Shown here one piece after another: positions 22,208 to 34,735 of a DNA stretch of 64,000 nt. Positions within the stretch are counted from its first letter, which is position 1, and every line of letters starts with the position of its first letter. The DNA comes from Haliotis cracherodii. Lineage: Eukaryota. The stretch covers positions 53,444,001 to 53,508,000 of the forward strand of contig NW_027266308.1 in assembly GCF_022045235.1 (NCBI RefSeq), in the 5' to 3' direction. Below the pieces are notes generated by a model that had not been told where the DNA came from, ran no database searches, and saw nothing but the letters and a program-made list of their open reading frames with translations. The position numbers were made by a program, and so were the translations under genes.

Positions 22208-25200
22208 ATGCCTGGATCAACTCAAGTAAGGGAGACCATAGAGCTGCTGTCAACATTACTGAACGAAAATGGAGTATCACTTGTCACCGCAGAAACATTT
22301 CGCTTGGCAAAGTTCAACAAATATGAAGCGGTAAGATTTCCGACAGTAAATGGCGTAACCCTGCTTTCCTGTGTTAGGGCAACCTACCATAACACTTCAC
22401 AAATGATTTTTAATACATATACCGGGGTTTATGATTTTTTAACATTTCGAAGCAGGGTTATGGACGAAAGTTTTACCAACAGGCAACACGAACTAGGCGT
22501 TACACAACATTCAAACAAACAAACAAACAAACAAAACATGCAGTGCTATCCCTCCTTAGACCTTGGATTCTCTTTTCTTTTCAATTTCCCTTTATGATCC
22601 TTGGGGTTATCAACTTAGCACCCCTTTACAATAAATCAATTGTCAGTAAGGATTAGGGATGTATCACCTCTACAAGCTGGCATGAGAAGTTTGATGACTC
22701 CAAATCCCCATAGCACAGATCGTGTGCCCGGTAAAATCCAGCACTGCCCAAATGACATTTGTACGGTCCTACTAAATAACGCCCGGGGGCGTCCGGAAAC
22801 GTCCAGGAGCGTCCGGGCAATGCCAGGGAGCGTCCGGGAGAATGATACTAAATAATGAAGTGTATTCTATATAATTGTGTTCTTGTATTAATTATACAAA
22901 ATAACATATAGCTGCTGAAAAATTTACATACCCCCCCTATTCTTTTTAAATGGTGAATCTGCAAAGCAAATACGATTTGATTTTATTCGAACTGACGAGA
23001 TATTCGTAACGTAGGCTTTGAAGGATACAATGTAAATTTGCTTAGAGAACAAAAATAATGTTCTTTTATAGTGTCATATTCTGCACACTATTCCATAACT
23101 AATACTAAAACGCAAACGTTTTCAAAAGTTCATGCATGGCCCCAGATGGTTCACTGAGTGTAAAACGTCCGGTACTATATAGCATCCGGGCAACGTCGGG
23201 GAGCATCTGGTGGGAGCGTCTGGGAGGTTTCATCAGACGTCTGGAAACGTCCGGGAGGTTTCATCAGACGTCCGGGAGTTTAAAAAAACAGTGCAGTCAA
23301 TAAAACATGTCTTTCTCAGTTTGGTAAGATCGTGAGAATATCAACTGGCGTACGTGTTTGCCACGTGCAGCGGCCAGAAACTTCCGGTTACTGGAACTTT
23401 TCTGGCCGCTGCACGGGCGTCCTCGGACGTTAAATAGTAGGACCCCATTTGTACAGTTCTTCACATATAAACCATGTTAGGATGATCAAACAGAATTTTT
23501 CCTCATCAAGAAGTTGATTGATACTGTTCAGCAGTTTTATGTTTCATTTACAGTGACTACTCATGATTGTCAAGTTGATGTTTTTATCAATTACAGACCC
23601 CCGTGATGTGGAAGCTGTTGTTTGAGCTGGTATACTTCAGCAATTATGGAGTAGTTGATGAATCTGCTGTCAAGGCTCAGAGGCAACTTTCAGATGGTGA
23701 GGACATCGCTTTTTTATATTGTTATGAACATGATGATTATGATTTTTGCCATTTCATGTTTCCAAAAGCGAGAGACACTCACTTCATTTGGTTGTATCCC
23801 ATGCTCGTTGTAAGATTATACTAGAATGTTTATGTGAAAAGAAAATGACCACTTATCATGCTTAGCATGCTGAATATGATCAGATGATACATACTTGAAC
23901 ATGTTGAATGGTAACCACCAGGGAAGTCGGACAATCTAACCGTGGATGGAAATTAACCAGAAATTTGTGCTATCCCGAAGAGTGATAACATAAAGCAGTA
24001 CATCTCAAAATGTTTAAAATTCTACAAGCCCGCAGGATACCTTATCATTAACATGTGATTAACAAAACTGGTCCAGGCTAGCAGGCTAGTGCTAATTTGC
24101 ATCCCTACTGACCTGACTACTTGCGTGTCACTATAGGCCACACAGCATAGGTCATTGCCTGGTACTATCAACCACTGGTTCAGGATCCACAGAAAAACCA
24201 TTGTCATACATCTATGATATTGCCTGATGTAACTTATACTTTAATTTTCACTCCCCACCTTTTACCAACAAAACACATATCACATGCAAACTGGAGGAAT
24301 TAAAAACACAAGTTTACAGATAAGAGCATGTTATTAAGATATACTGTTACAAGGTGATTTCCAAATTGAAACACAGAGGTTAACCCAGAAGTCGACTCAC
24401 AAATAAATGAATTATGTAATCTGAAATCAATGAATAATCAATTAATAATATTAAAACTCACATTTTTAGGTTTACTATCACAATAGGATATACGATGAGT
24501 CAATTTAGCAATAAGTGAACTCATAAATGTCTAGAATTTCGTCACAGTGGAATGTCTTGAAACAGGCCTGTCTCCATTCTTGAATCTAGCATAGTATTGG
24601 AAGCTGTCAAGAATCCAGTGTGTCACAAATAGGCATCCAATCCTCACTTGGCAAGTTGATAAGACACAAGTCAGGTCGAAAAAGGTTTCAAATTATCCTC
24701 ATGTTGCTCCTATATAGGTACAGCCAACCTTCTAGTAATTGTCCCATCCTGAAACTTCTCAAACAACCAAGTCATGTTCATGTTTGCACAGGGGGGATAA
24801 CTCTAAATTACTCACTGCTGGTGGCAGCTTTCACAATTAGTCCATGACAGCACTTAACATTTTACTGGCACTTCAATCATTTTCTGCCACTGACAATCAG
24901 TACACATAAAATTTGCAGTTTCCACTGCCACATAACAATAGATTTGGCCCAAATTGACATGCTTTTTCTTCACAGAGGAGAAGTGTGTCCTTGTCAAACG
25001 AGAACTACAAAGCCGTGGTTACATGTCCCATGACTTTGCTCACTTGCCAAATGACACCTCAAGAGGAAGTCGTGAACTGTTGCTGGCTATGGCCTGGCTG
25101 ATGTGTAAAGAGACACTGATAGAGAGGTTCATGGACAAGTGTACATCTCCCTTGGATGAAAACATTTCACAATGGTGCAAGGTAAGGGAAATCATGTAAA

Positions 25201-28200
25201 GAAATCTTTTCAAGGACAATGCATGAACCCTATTTGAAAGCTACATGCAGATTTCGGGGGATGATAAACTTGCAGGCCTTTAGCTCCCTGTAAAACACAC
25301 ACACCTAATTAATATATTTTTTAACCTGTATGTTTTTTTATCAAAATAGAGGATAAGCATTTACACAACCATGCGACATGTGTTTCTTGTGTTTGTAGGA
25401 ATGGCCTAATTCTATTTGTGATTTGGGTCCTACTGCCCAAGGAGATTCGGCTGTGCCACCTGGAGAGAGAGTACAGAGGTTGCTAGTGCTGAATAGTAAA
25501 CTACGACTCAACCTACGGCGAATGTACGCAGCTCAGCAGCATGAAGCTAAGCTTCTAAACAAGGTATGTTTTCATTTACTCATTTATTTTTGAATGAGTG
25601 TGTTGGATACGATCAACAATAATATCCTGTTATTCATGAATTAACAAAATGATGTTTGAGTAATAAATATTTTTCTGCTCCTTGAACTATAAGTAATTTA
25701 TCATTTTCTGTATCAATATACACAATATATGTGTAAGTCTACAAAATCTTTCTTGAACATCAGTAATACTCCTGAAAGTAAAACACAATTCTGATATCAC
25801 GATAATGTGCCTTGTTCTGCACACATTTTCAAAAGTCGGTTACTTGAGAACCAGTTGTAGGGATAATGTTCAAATCACATTATCAGTGTTGATACAGGTT
25901 ATGTAGTAGTACACGTATATAACTTTCATTTCAGATTGAAAATACCACAGCAGGGATATCACTTCGGAAAAGCCGTGACAATTTATCAGCATTGGAAGTC
26001 CATTTGCTAAGACACCCACATCTGCTGAAACGAGTAAGGGAATATTGTTGTTTATTGATATCAAACGTTACATTCTGTAGATGACCACTAGTCCGAAGTA
26101 ACAATAACAGCATACATTTTAACTCTAAACTCTACTGAAATTGATGACAAGGGACCAGCCCAGGTTAGTAGAATAAAGTGGTTAAAGTGTTCGCTCGTCA
26201 TGCCGAAGACCGGGGTTCGATTCCCCACATGGGTACAATGTGTGAAGCCCATTTCTGGTGTCCCCAAACATTATACTGAAGGAATATTGCTAAAAGCAGC
26301 ATAAAACCATCCTCACTCACTCACTCACTCACTAGTAGACTTAAATGTGTTTGTCAAAGACAAATAAATAAACATTGGTCTGTTAAATCAAACTGAGAAT
26401 TGTGAAACCTTTACCGTGTTAGAATTGGGTCCAAATAATTTAATTACATGTCCTGCTTGTGTTTTATCATGCGTAGATGCTGGTGCTACTAGATAAGGAC
26501 AATGAACGTCTCCAGAACCTCATGAACTGGCGACAACATGAAGACGTATTTTGGAAGTGGATGGTAAGCCGTGAAGAAAAAAGCATTCTAGACCACTGAT
26601 CTTTCAAAGAGAAAAGTGTTGTTTTTATTGTTTCTACTCATAAGAGTGGATGTGTATACCAAGCACATTCTTGGTGAACCCACCATGATTTGTTTACACA
26701 ACTCAATTGCTTAATTTCAGGACAGTGTCCTTGACCTGAAGGTGAAGGCTGCAGCAGAAGACCGAGACCAGAGTGAGGCTCAGTCTGGCGCTGTGTATCT
26801 CCAGGCCCCAGTCGATGGACCCGTGCAGATGCAACTGGCTAGACAGCAACTGGTACAGTCCATCCTCAGCTATGAGAGCAGCATAAAGTACCTGGAACAG
26901 CTGTGGGAGACTAAGGTACTTGTTTTCCTATGTGAGAACAATCATTCTGCCTTTCAGATATCATTGCATAACCAGATTGTTGAGAGGTGACCATGGTGAT
27001 GCTAAGGTGTGTTAAGGTGAATTGTTTTTAGAAGCTGGAAACCTTGTTTAAGCATGTTTCCACTTTGGATTGAACAGAAGAATGAAAAATGCATAGTGTG
27101 AGATAGGATAAGTATATTAATGTACAATTTATTGTCAAGTTTTCCATTCTCTCAGTTGTGTATTGATAGGAATTACAAACAATGACCAGTACGCTTTCCC
27201 TCAGCTTCATCTTTATACACTTTTAGTGCAGTATATTTAACTGTTTTAACTTTGTATGCTGGTGATTAGGTCTCTAACTCTGAGACTTAAGGTTCGAATC
27301 ATGGTTGTGACTTCACTGTAAAAAGTACTAGAAAGTGTAATCCCAAATATAATATCATCTTCCCGAGGCAAGAGAGTTAACTGACTATAAAAGTCCAGTT
27401 TCCACCTTGCTAGGCTGGTATTATGGAGTTACATTTTGGCGGGACTAAAGAGTGTCTTCATAGTCCAATCAAAATCTCGCACCGAAATCGAAATCCGGTT
27501 CATAAACTGTCCTGCAGATTTCAATCGATTGCAGGATTTGCAAAGCATATGCACCGCCAACTCGGTGTCAGCAGATATTTTCCAAATCTTTTCATGTTTT
27601 AAATCAAGGTGCTCATGTGATTTGATACATTTCGCAATGTAAGACCCATTTTATCACAATATAGATCTTGATTTTCGATCAGATCGTCCTGACTGGGCAC
27701 CATCATTTTTTGTGAAGTAAACGCAAGTGATACGAGAGGTGATATCTGATTGGTCCATAGGAGAGGCTGAGAAGGGACATAACTCATAATAGCCACTGGT
27801 GGTGCTACGATCGAACCCAGTAATTCCAGCCTAGTTCGGCAAGGGTGGAAAGTCAGTTAACTCTCTTGCCTCGGGAAGATGGTATAATATATGTTATATT
27901 GTTCTCCTTGCAGAGACAGGAAATCAGCAACCATGAGCTTGACAACTTAATAGCCTCAATCAACATGGACATATCAGTCCACAAGGCTAACCTCATGCTA
28001 ACTGCTGCACATGATGTAGCTGGGACACTCAAACCAGAACCTTCGTTCAGACTGGCAAGTAGAGCACGCTCCCGGGGTCAGGGCAAAGTGGCAAATGTGC
28101 AGCATTCCCCCGGTGAAGGTGGGGACAGTTGTTGCACAGATATTACCAGAGTGACAGAGGAACTGACACATCAGATTCAGGACATGCGCACTCAACTCAC

Positions 28201-28309
28201 CCAGATGCACCGGGAGTGTCAGAAGACACTAATGGGACTAGCCCGGAACATACCCTCTGCTATCTGTATAGAACCAACAGCAGTCCGACAATCCGACCTG
28301 TATGCGTAG
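22208..28309 (+). CDS. TEDC1: Tubulin epsilon and delta complex protein 1 (C14orf80 homolog), 456 aa
   Basis: Exons 22208-22330, 23597-23696, 24976-25181, 25399-25563, 25935-26033, 26477-26563, 26721-26915, 27914-28309, phase-consistent. Motifs ETFRLAKFN, WKLLF, GSRELLLAMAWL and FWKWMDSVL match TEDC1 as I recall it. Confidence 0.92.
22765..23445. mobile_element. Non-autonomous Mutator-like DNA transposon in TEDC1 intron 1
   Basis: ~31-bp imperfect TIRs starting GGTCCTACTA; 9-bp TSD CATTTGTAC (22756-22764 and 23446-23454); internal CGTCCGGGA repeats and a palindrome at 23364-23414. Confidence 0.8.
26177..26333 (+). mobile_element. SINE family A
   Basis: Family-A body and (CACT)n tail. Confidence 0.85.
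27354..27883. mobile_element. MITE with ~33-bp TIRs in TEDC1 intron 7
   Basis: TIR CATCTTCCCGAGGCAAGAGAGTTAACTGACT at both ends; inverted partial second copy at ~39857-40295. Confidence 0.85.
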
Positions 28310-28423
28310 AATGGGAATCTGTGATCTTCCATATCCTCGACGGTTTTCCATTCTGGTTTGATAAATACCCTGGACCCATTCTCCACCATAGCTTTCTATC
28401 GGAAGTGACATCACCATCTCCAT

Positions 28424-28863
28424 TAGGGCTGTAACAATGCACCGATACCTATATATCATCGATACTTAGGTACACACAATACTTGAATCATCAGTTTGTG
28501 AGATCGCGATATGCTGTAAGTAGAACAGGAACTAATAGAGTTACCTCCCAAAATGGCAGAAGTAGCATAGCGCCACCTTTAAGCATGGCAGAACACGACG
28601 ACTTGTTAGCTGAGTATGCTCCGACTAACTGTAACATTTATTAACAATCCCTTCATTTAAAACTGTTTTGATCTTGTGGTTTTCTTTGTTAATGATTTTG
28701 AGATATCAATACATAGATGTATGAAGAAGGAGGTCTTAGAGATGTATTTCAGTAATTTCATCATTTCTTACTATTTGATTTGGTGTATCCTAATACCAGT
28801 AGTATCGTCAGTCCGTATCATGATACGAATCTAGCGCAAGATACCAGGCGATACTCAGCTCTA
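28424..28863. mobile_element. hAT-like MITE downstream of the TEDC1 stop
   Basis: Ends TAGGGCTG...CAGCTCTA; internal sequence shared with ~45695-46070. Confidence 0.6.
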
Positions 28864-30735
28864 ATCTCCACATATTATCACCAATTCAGAACAGAATTTC
28901 TCACATTGGTCATGTTGGTGAGCTTGAAATCAGTAACCAATCAATATGACTCCCTAAAAAGAGTTTGGCATTAATCTAATTTCAAGCCCTTTGTATGTTC
29001 TAATAAAATCCATACACTGTTACTAATGATCTTTTAGCTGTATTACATTATTTTGAATGGAGAAGGAAGTACTTGCCTTATCAGGCATCTGACAGTTGTA
29101 TTTGAGATGGTATGCCACACACCTAGTTAAGTACTGGTGATTTTACCACTTTTTTCAATCATGAAATAACGTGTATTTTACCAACAGCTATTTTTAACGA
29201 AGTGTCCTTCAAGCTGGACTCTTTGATTTGAAGCTATGGTGTCCAGGGTATTTATCTTGATAGACATGATAGAGTGGAGGTGTATTACACTGGAGTATCA
29301 AGGAAGGAACTTCCAGTGCCATATACCTTTCCATCACTTAGTATAACAGCTCCTCATGACTTAGAAAATTCTTCCTGATGACGTTTTCGGAGGGGGTAGG
29401 GGTTGGGGGTTGATGTATAGACAAGATGTTTACTAGTACAACTGTATGTCTGGATTCAGGAAAACAGAGGGGAATGCACAACATGCTTAAGCAGGAGATT
29501 TGTTTTTCAGTGTTAGCTTCTGATTAATTCTCCCTGAGGAATATACAGATAAGACTTCTGTTTGACCGATTCTTCTGTTCTCCCCTCTGTCCATTGATCC
29601 CCAGGGTATTTTCACCTTTGGATCAGTTTAATATGGTGAAGATTAAGGCTAAAAAAGATCATAGCCTTGGTTCTCAGGCACCGCCTGCATCATCATGAAG
29701 TCTGCCGCACGGTTCGTTTTTATTTCCTAATACCCCAAAACAATGCGATCCAATATGGCACGCAGTTACTTCCCCTTACATGCGCACTGCTTTATTGTGT
29801 ATCTGGTGTTATGGTAGTGGCGGCAATAACGCTTTCCCAGGTTGATGGTACACAACTGTTTATCTGGTTACATACTAGTTTGAACAAGCAAAAATAAAAT
29901 AAAACGCCACCTGCCCCCACTATATTTTCAAAAGTCATTGCTTGAGAACAAGTTCTTTTACTTTTGTAAGCCTAATATATACATTTAGTTCTGTGTATAC
30001 CTTGTTCCATACACTTTTGATATACAGAGAATGTGTATTGATTCATATAGAACTACTGTGCATAATTTGACATGAAGAATTGGAAGTGGAAACCATTATG
30101 TGCATCGGCTCTGTCTGCTAGTGCTAGAATGTTGCACATGTGGTGCAGTGGTCTATTGCATTGTAATAGGCTGTGCAGAATTATGTCCCTTAGTCAAGCT
30201 GAGTTTGAATCCTTGATAATGATCTTAGATATTTCTAAAGTGGCAAATGTTTTCCACACTATTAAACCTAATTCACTATCTAGATGTACAAGCATTAAAA
30301 AACAACGTTGTAGTTCTTACTCCTTTGGGGTTTAATTTCATTTATTTTTGCATGTGATGAAGACAGCTTTAATTCATATATTCATAATTAGAAACAATAC
30401 TTCATACCAATTAATTTGCCAACCAACCAACCATAATTTTGAATTCTCTGAAATCATAACATCTGTTGTTTTTAAACCTTTCCTGAAGGATTCATCAAGT
30501 GGTGCTGCTTTAGAGTTACCTCCCTTTCATGACCAGTGCCTGGTGGCGTCTGCTCGCATTCAGTATGTGCCTCTATCAAAGTAAACTGCTGAAACAAGCC
30601 AGCAGGTCCAGGAACAGCCCTCATGCCATGCAGCAGTAGCCAATGTAGATCATAGACACATGGTTGTTTTGTTACGGGATGTTGACAGCTGCATGAAACT
30701 CAGAAGGCATTATGCATCAGCAGAGTTTAGAACAA

Positions 30736-30950
30736 GTAAGGTTAATAATTTATGGATGAACAACTTCTTTATTACAATTAACAACGACGTTTCAGTGTAG
30801 GTTCTAACACCGTTATCAAGCAAGTGGATAAGGGTGTTAGAACCAACACCGAAACGTCACTCTTAATTGTAATAAAGAAGTTGTTCATCCATAAATTCTT
30901 TTCTTTACTTACTACTCCAACTTCTAAATGCCTATCAAAGAAGTTAAAAA
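30736..30950. mobile_element. Penelope-type pLTR fragment pair in inverted (head-to-head) arrangement
   Basis: ~75-bp inverted repeat centred near 30825; 12-bp TSD AGTTTAGAACAA (30724-30735 and 30951-30962); related copies at ~47360-47482 and ~56325-56468. Confidence 0.7.
30782..30826 (-). ncRNA. Putative minimal hammerhead ribozyme variant (U3-A8 core)
   Basis: Minus strand reads GC-UUGAUAA-C-GGUGU-loop-ACACU-GAAAC-GUC-GU, with palindromic ACGU stem III. Confidence 0.55.
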
Positions 30951-32098
30951 AGTTTAGAACAATTTCAAGTAGCTGACTGGACTTTTGCCACATAAAATTC
31001 CCACAAAGACATTGCTTCACAACTGTCAGTTTTTTTAGATTTGTCTTACATCATGAATACTTTGCCAAGTTTTGTATTCAAATATAGGTAAATAAAATAA
31101 GGAGACCTACATATCAAACTTTTAATGGAAATTTGGGACACCTGTATTTGAAAATTGCTTGAATGTTTCTGGCTTTTGTCTCCTAGACCAGCATATTGTC
31201 TAATATTTATTGTCTAATACTTGTTTTGAAATAAGTGTTGCAATATGATACATATCGCCATATACGAATATTATTATATCATTGTCCCAAGATATTGTTA
31301 AATTTAGAGACACATTTGATGTCTTTTGTGTACACAATCTGATGAGAATATTCTGGTATGTTTTGCAACATGATATAGCAGTTGTAATTAGCTGTGCACT
31401 TGATGCCATACATTGTCATAGCATTGCCACACAATGTTACAAGGTGAGACTCAGTGAGGCATATCATGACTGGGAAAGGGACTGGTTCAAAAGTTGGATA
31501 TCCGATAAACAAACTGAATTCCTTAAGTTTTGAGACATATCTCCCTACTCACCAAAAACATTAATTCTGACAATGTTGAATTCCGGGTTTAGTGGTCTTT
31601 TTTTTCCTTGCTATGTTGTGTTTTTCCCTGTTTGTTTTTTTATAGCATGAAGTTTATTAATAGGTGTTGACAATCATTTGTAGGCAGGGCCATAAACTTA
31701 AGGAATTTAGGTGTTTTTGGACATCAAACATTTGAATTGGTCTCTAAACACACATAGTTAAGACACAGTGTGGCACACTGTGTGGCTGTAATTGGTTGTT
31801 TGTTGAGCATAATGTAGATGAGTTAACATGCTAAGGCATTTTCCTGCATGTACGTTGTTCATTGTTTTTTGTTTGTTGTTTTTATGCATGAAACACTGCC
31901 GTTTGATGAGAATATCTAATATAATGTACACATGGATGCTGAATCGTTGTCAATAGTAACTCTTAAACAGATTTGGAACTGCAATAATGAGAATGTAGAT
32001 TTAAAAAACATTTCTAATGACCCCCCAACAGTATTATTCATTGAAAAGAAATCCGTTCATCAAATGTGTAGTTGAATGTCATCAAGTACCTTGTATAT

Positions 32099-32227
32099 AT
32101 ACTACACAAAAGACGTCAAGGACTACCCAATTCTTTCATATTACTATAGTTAATTTGTCATGGCATGGAAAATTAACTATAGTAATATGAAAGAGTCAGG
32201 CGGTCCTTAGCTTCTTGTAAGTAGTAT
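32099..32227. repeat. Foldback hairpin (probable MITE)
   Basis: Perfect 25-bp arms TCTTTCATATTACTATAGTTAATTT / AAATTAACTATAGTAATATGAAAGA with imperfect outer arms. Confidence 0.75.
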
Positions 32228-33140
32228 TGATATATTAAAAAACTATATCTGAAATGTTTTAATGAGAAATTTGACAAATAACTGCTGCTGAGATATACTT
32301 GTCATGTTTATACAAAAACTTCGTCCTGTTGTATAAAGTGTATTCTTCCAGGTAAACTGAGTTTGTTTTATTTGTTAGGGTACAGTGTCACGCCCATCTG
32401 ACACCCGATGCATTTAGTTGCCATGTGCAAACATATGCTGATGGACATCAGTTACCCTGTCATGTAACTCATCTGTTGTGGATTCTAGAAGCAGTATAAC
32501 CTTGAACATAGCGATAACCATTGGGGTTTTTTTAAGTTGAGGGCTGTATAGAGTGAATGTATCACAGTTATATCAGTGGTTGATTTCATGGACCATGTCC
32601 ACGTTAGGTTGTGATGTTTGTCACATGAGGAGACATGGTGTGAAATATATTTGGAATGACACATTTATTTCCGACAATTCTTTAACTGCTATAAAACCTG
32701 GCTATTAAAAAGGAAAATACTGAATCAGATATTAGTGACCAGACCATAATGTCTATCCCATTGTATTGTATCTGAGGCTAAGCCCCTCCCCTCAAAGGAT
32801 ATCTCCCATCAAGTTTTTATTCCTGAAATTTGTGCACCCAGTCCCCAATTTAGTTAACTCAGTACAATGTCATTGTGTGTATGTTGTACTCATTGGTGCT
32901 GCACTTAACGGTAAATATTCCTTTCTTTCATAAAATAGCACTCCATGTAATATGTATCCTCTTTCATACTGATTTATGTCATATACAAATACCAGGTCCT
33001 GTGTTTAAATTGAGGTTCATTAGAATCTTGGTTATTCTTTTCAGTCGCATCAGGTAACATTCTTCTGCAACAATATGTGAATCCTTTTGTATTTGACACT
33101 GTAACATGACTGACTGCCCCTGCTGAGGTACCATGTTAGG

Positions 33141-33460
33141 AGACCGCCTCTGTGGTCTAGTGGTGGAGCACCTGCCAGGAGAGCAGAAAGTTTGGGCTTC
33201 GATCCCTTGCCGTGTCATACCAAAAGACGTTAAAAGAAAGTATTTGTTGTTACCCTGGTTGGAGGCGGCATTGAGTGGTCGGCTCGGAGTCAGTATTCTG
33301 TGTCTGAGTGTGGTATTAATGTTAAACTGCAGCATGGTATCTCAGTGAGCTAGCCTAAAAATTCGGCATTAGTCCGGACTAGTACACGCAGCCACAAACT
33401 CGCATGCATGCACGTCACTTTATGATTAAATGGGACCATAAACCCCATTATATTTTCACC
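33141..33460 (+). mobile_element. tRNA-derived SINE family C (older copy)
   Basis: Matches 34390-34735. Confidence 0.85.
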
Positions 33461-34389
33461 TCTCCTGACAATGTCATGTACGCGTCAGTGGAGCGTAAGT
33501 AAGCGGTCGTAAAATACGTATATCGTCGTACAAGAACAGTTGTGAAGTACACTGAATGGTCTGTCTTACAGTCCCTGAAACAAATATGTCCAATACAGCC
33601 AATGCAAGTCTATAATATTTGGCAAGTCTAGATTACTGCAGTATCAGGACCTGATAATAAAGAAAGTCTCTTGACTCCTTTTGATTATATTGTATAACTA
33701 TAATTTCTGTAAAATATGTTCATTTCAGGGACGAGATGTTGGTCTTTACTCTGACGTAAGGTTTATACAAAAGAGGCATTATTGTACGGTGTCCTAGGTT
33801 TCAAATATTATTACTATGCCTTTGTCTTAATCTCTATTTATAAATATCTGACGTACTTGCGTTGTGTGCTGTAATATAGGTAACAGCAATCGATGACAAG
33901 TTCACTTCAAATTAAATAACATTTAATTAACGGCCATGTCCCTTGTTGGTCGCCTCAATGAAAATCATTTAGAAACAACATTTTGTTGAGTTGGAATCCC
34001 AGTAAGTAGATAACAGCTTGCTATAAGCCTCGATATCACTAACTTATTATTGTACACCAATCCATTCTAGATTGGTTAATTCTAATTTATAACCGTGCGC
34101 AGGAGTAGGAGATATGGTACATCCAGTCCTCAGCGGTTTGTGAAAACCTATTAACACAACATATAAATATGATTAACGATGTGTATCAGGTGTCCGTGGA
34201 CCTTTTATTGACCCAACACTTTTATAACCCGCTGTAGACGATTAACGAGCATATATTTGGATAGTAAATGTTTACGCCTGGGTTCTGACGTTCCGGAATA
34301 GACTCGCACATTTGTCAGGCAAGCACCGTGTACTTTATAAACAAAAGTCCCGCCATTGCCTCTTTGACTACCTGCTTATACCTCCACAG

Positions 34390-34735
34390 ACCGCCTCCGT
34401 GGTCTAGTGGTAGAGCGTCCGCCCGGAGAGCGGAAGGTCAGGGGTTCGATCCCCGGCCGCGTCATACCAAAAGAAGTTAAAAGATGGTACTTGTTGTTAC
34501 CCTGTCTGGCGCTCGGCATTAAGGGGCTCAAACAAGGACTGGTCGGCTCGGAGTCAGTATACTGTGTCTGAGTGGGGTATTCATGTTAAACTGCGGCATG
34601 GTATCTCAGTGAGCTAGCACTATAAATCGGCATCAGTCCGGACTAGTACAAGCAGCCACACACACACACGTACATGCACGTCGCTATATAAGTGCAATAA
34701 TCTTGGACGCGACGTTAAACACCATTCACCTCACC
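34390..34735 (+). mobile_element. tRNA-derived SINE family C, (CACCT)n tail
   Basis: A-box TGGTCTAGTGG, B-box GGTTCGATCCC; 14-bp TSD TTATACCTCCACAG. Confidence 0.9.

Noticed and set aside
34390-34465. tRNA-like sequences as true tRNA genes (also heads of families A and D)
   Set aside because: They continue into shared SINE bodies with simple-repeat tails and TSDs.
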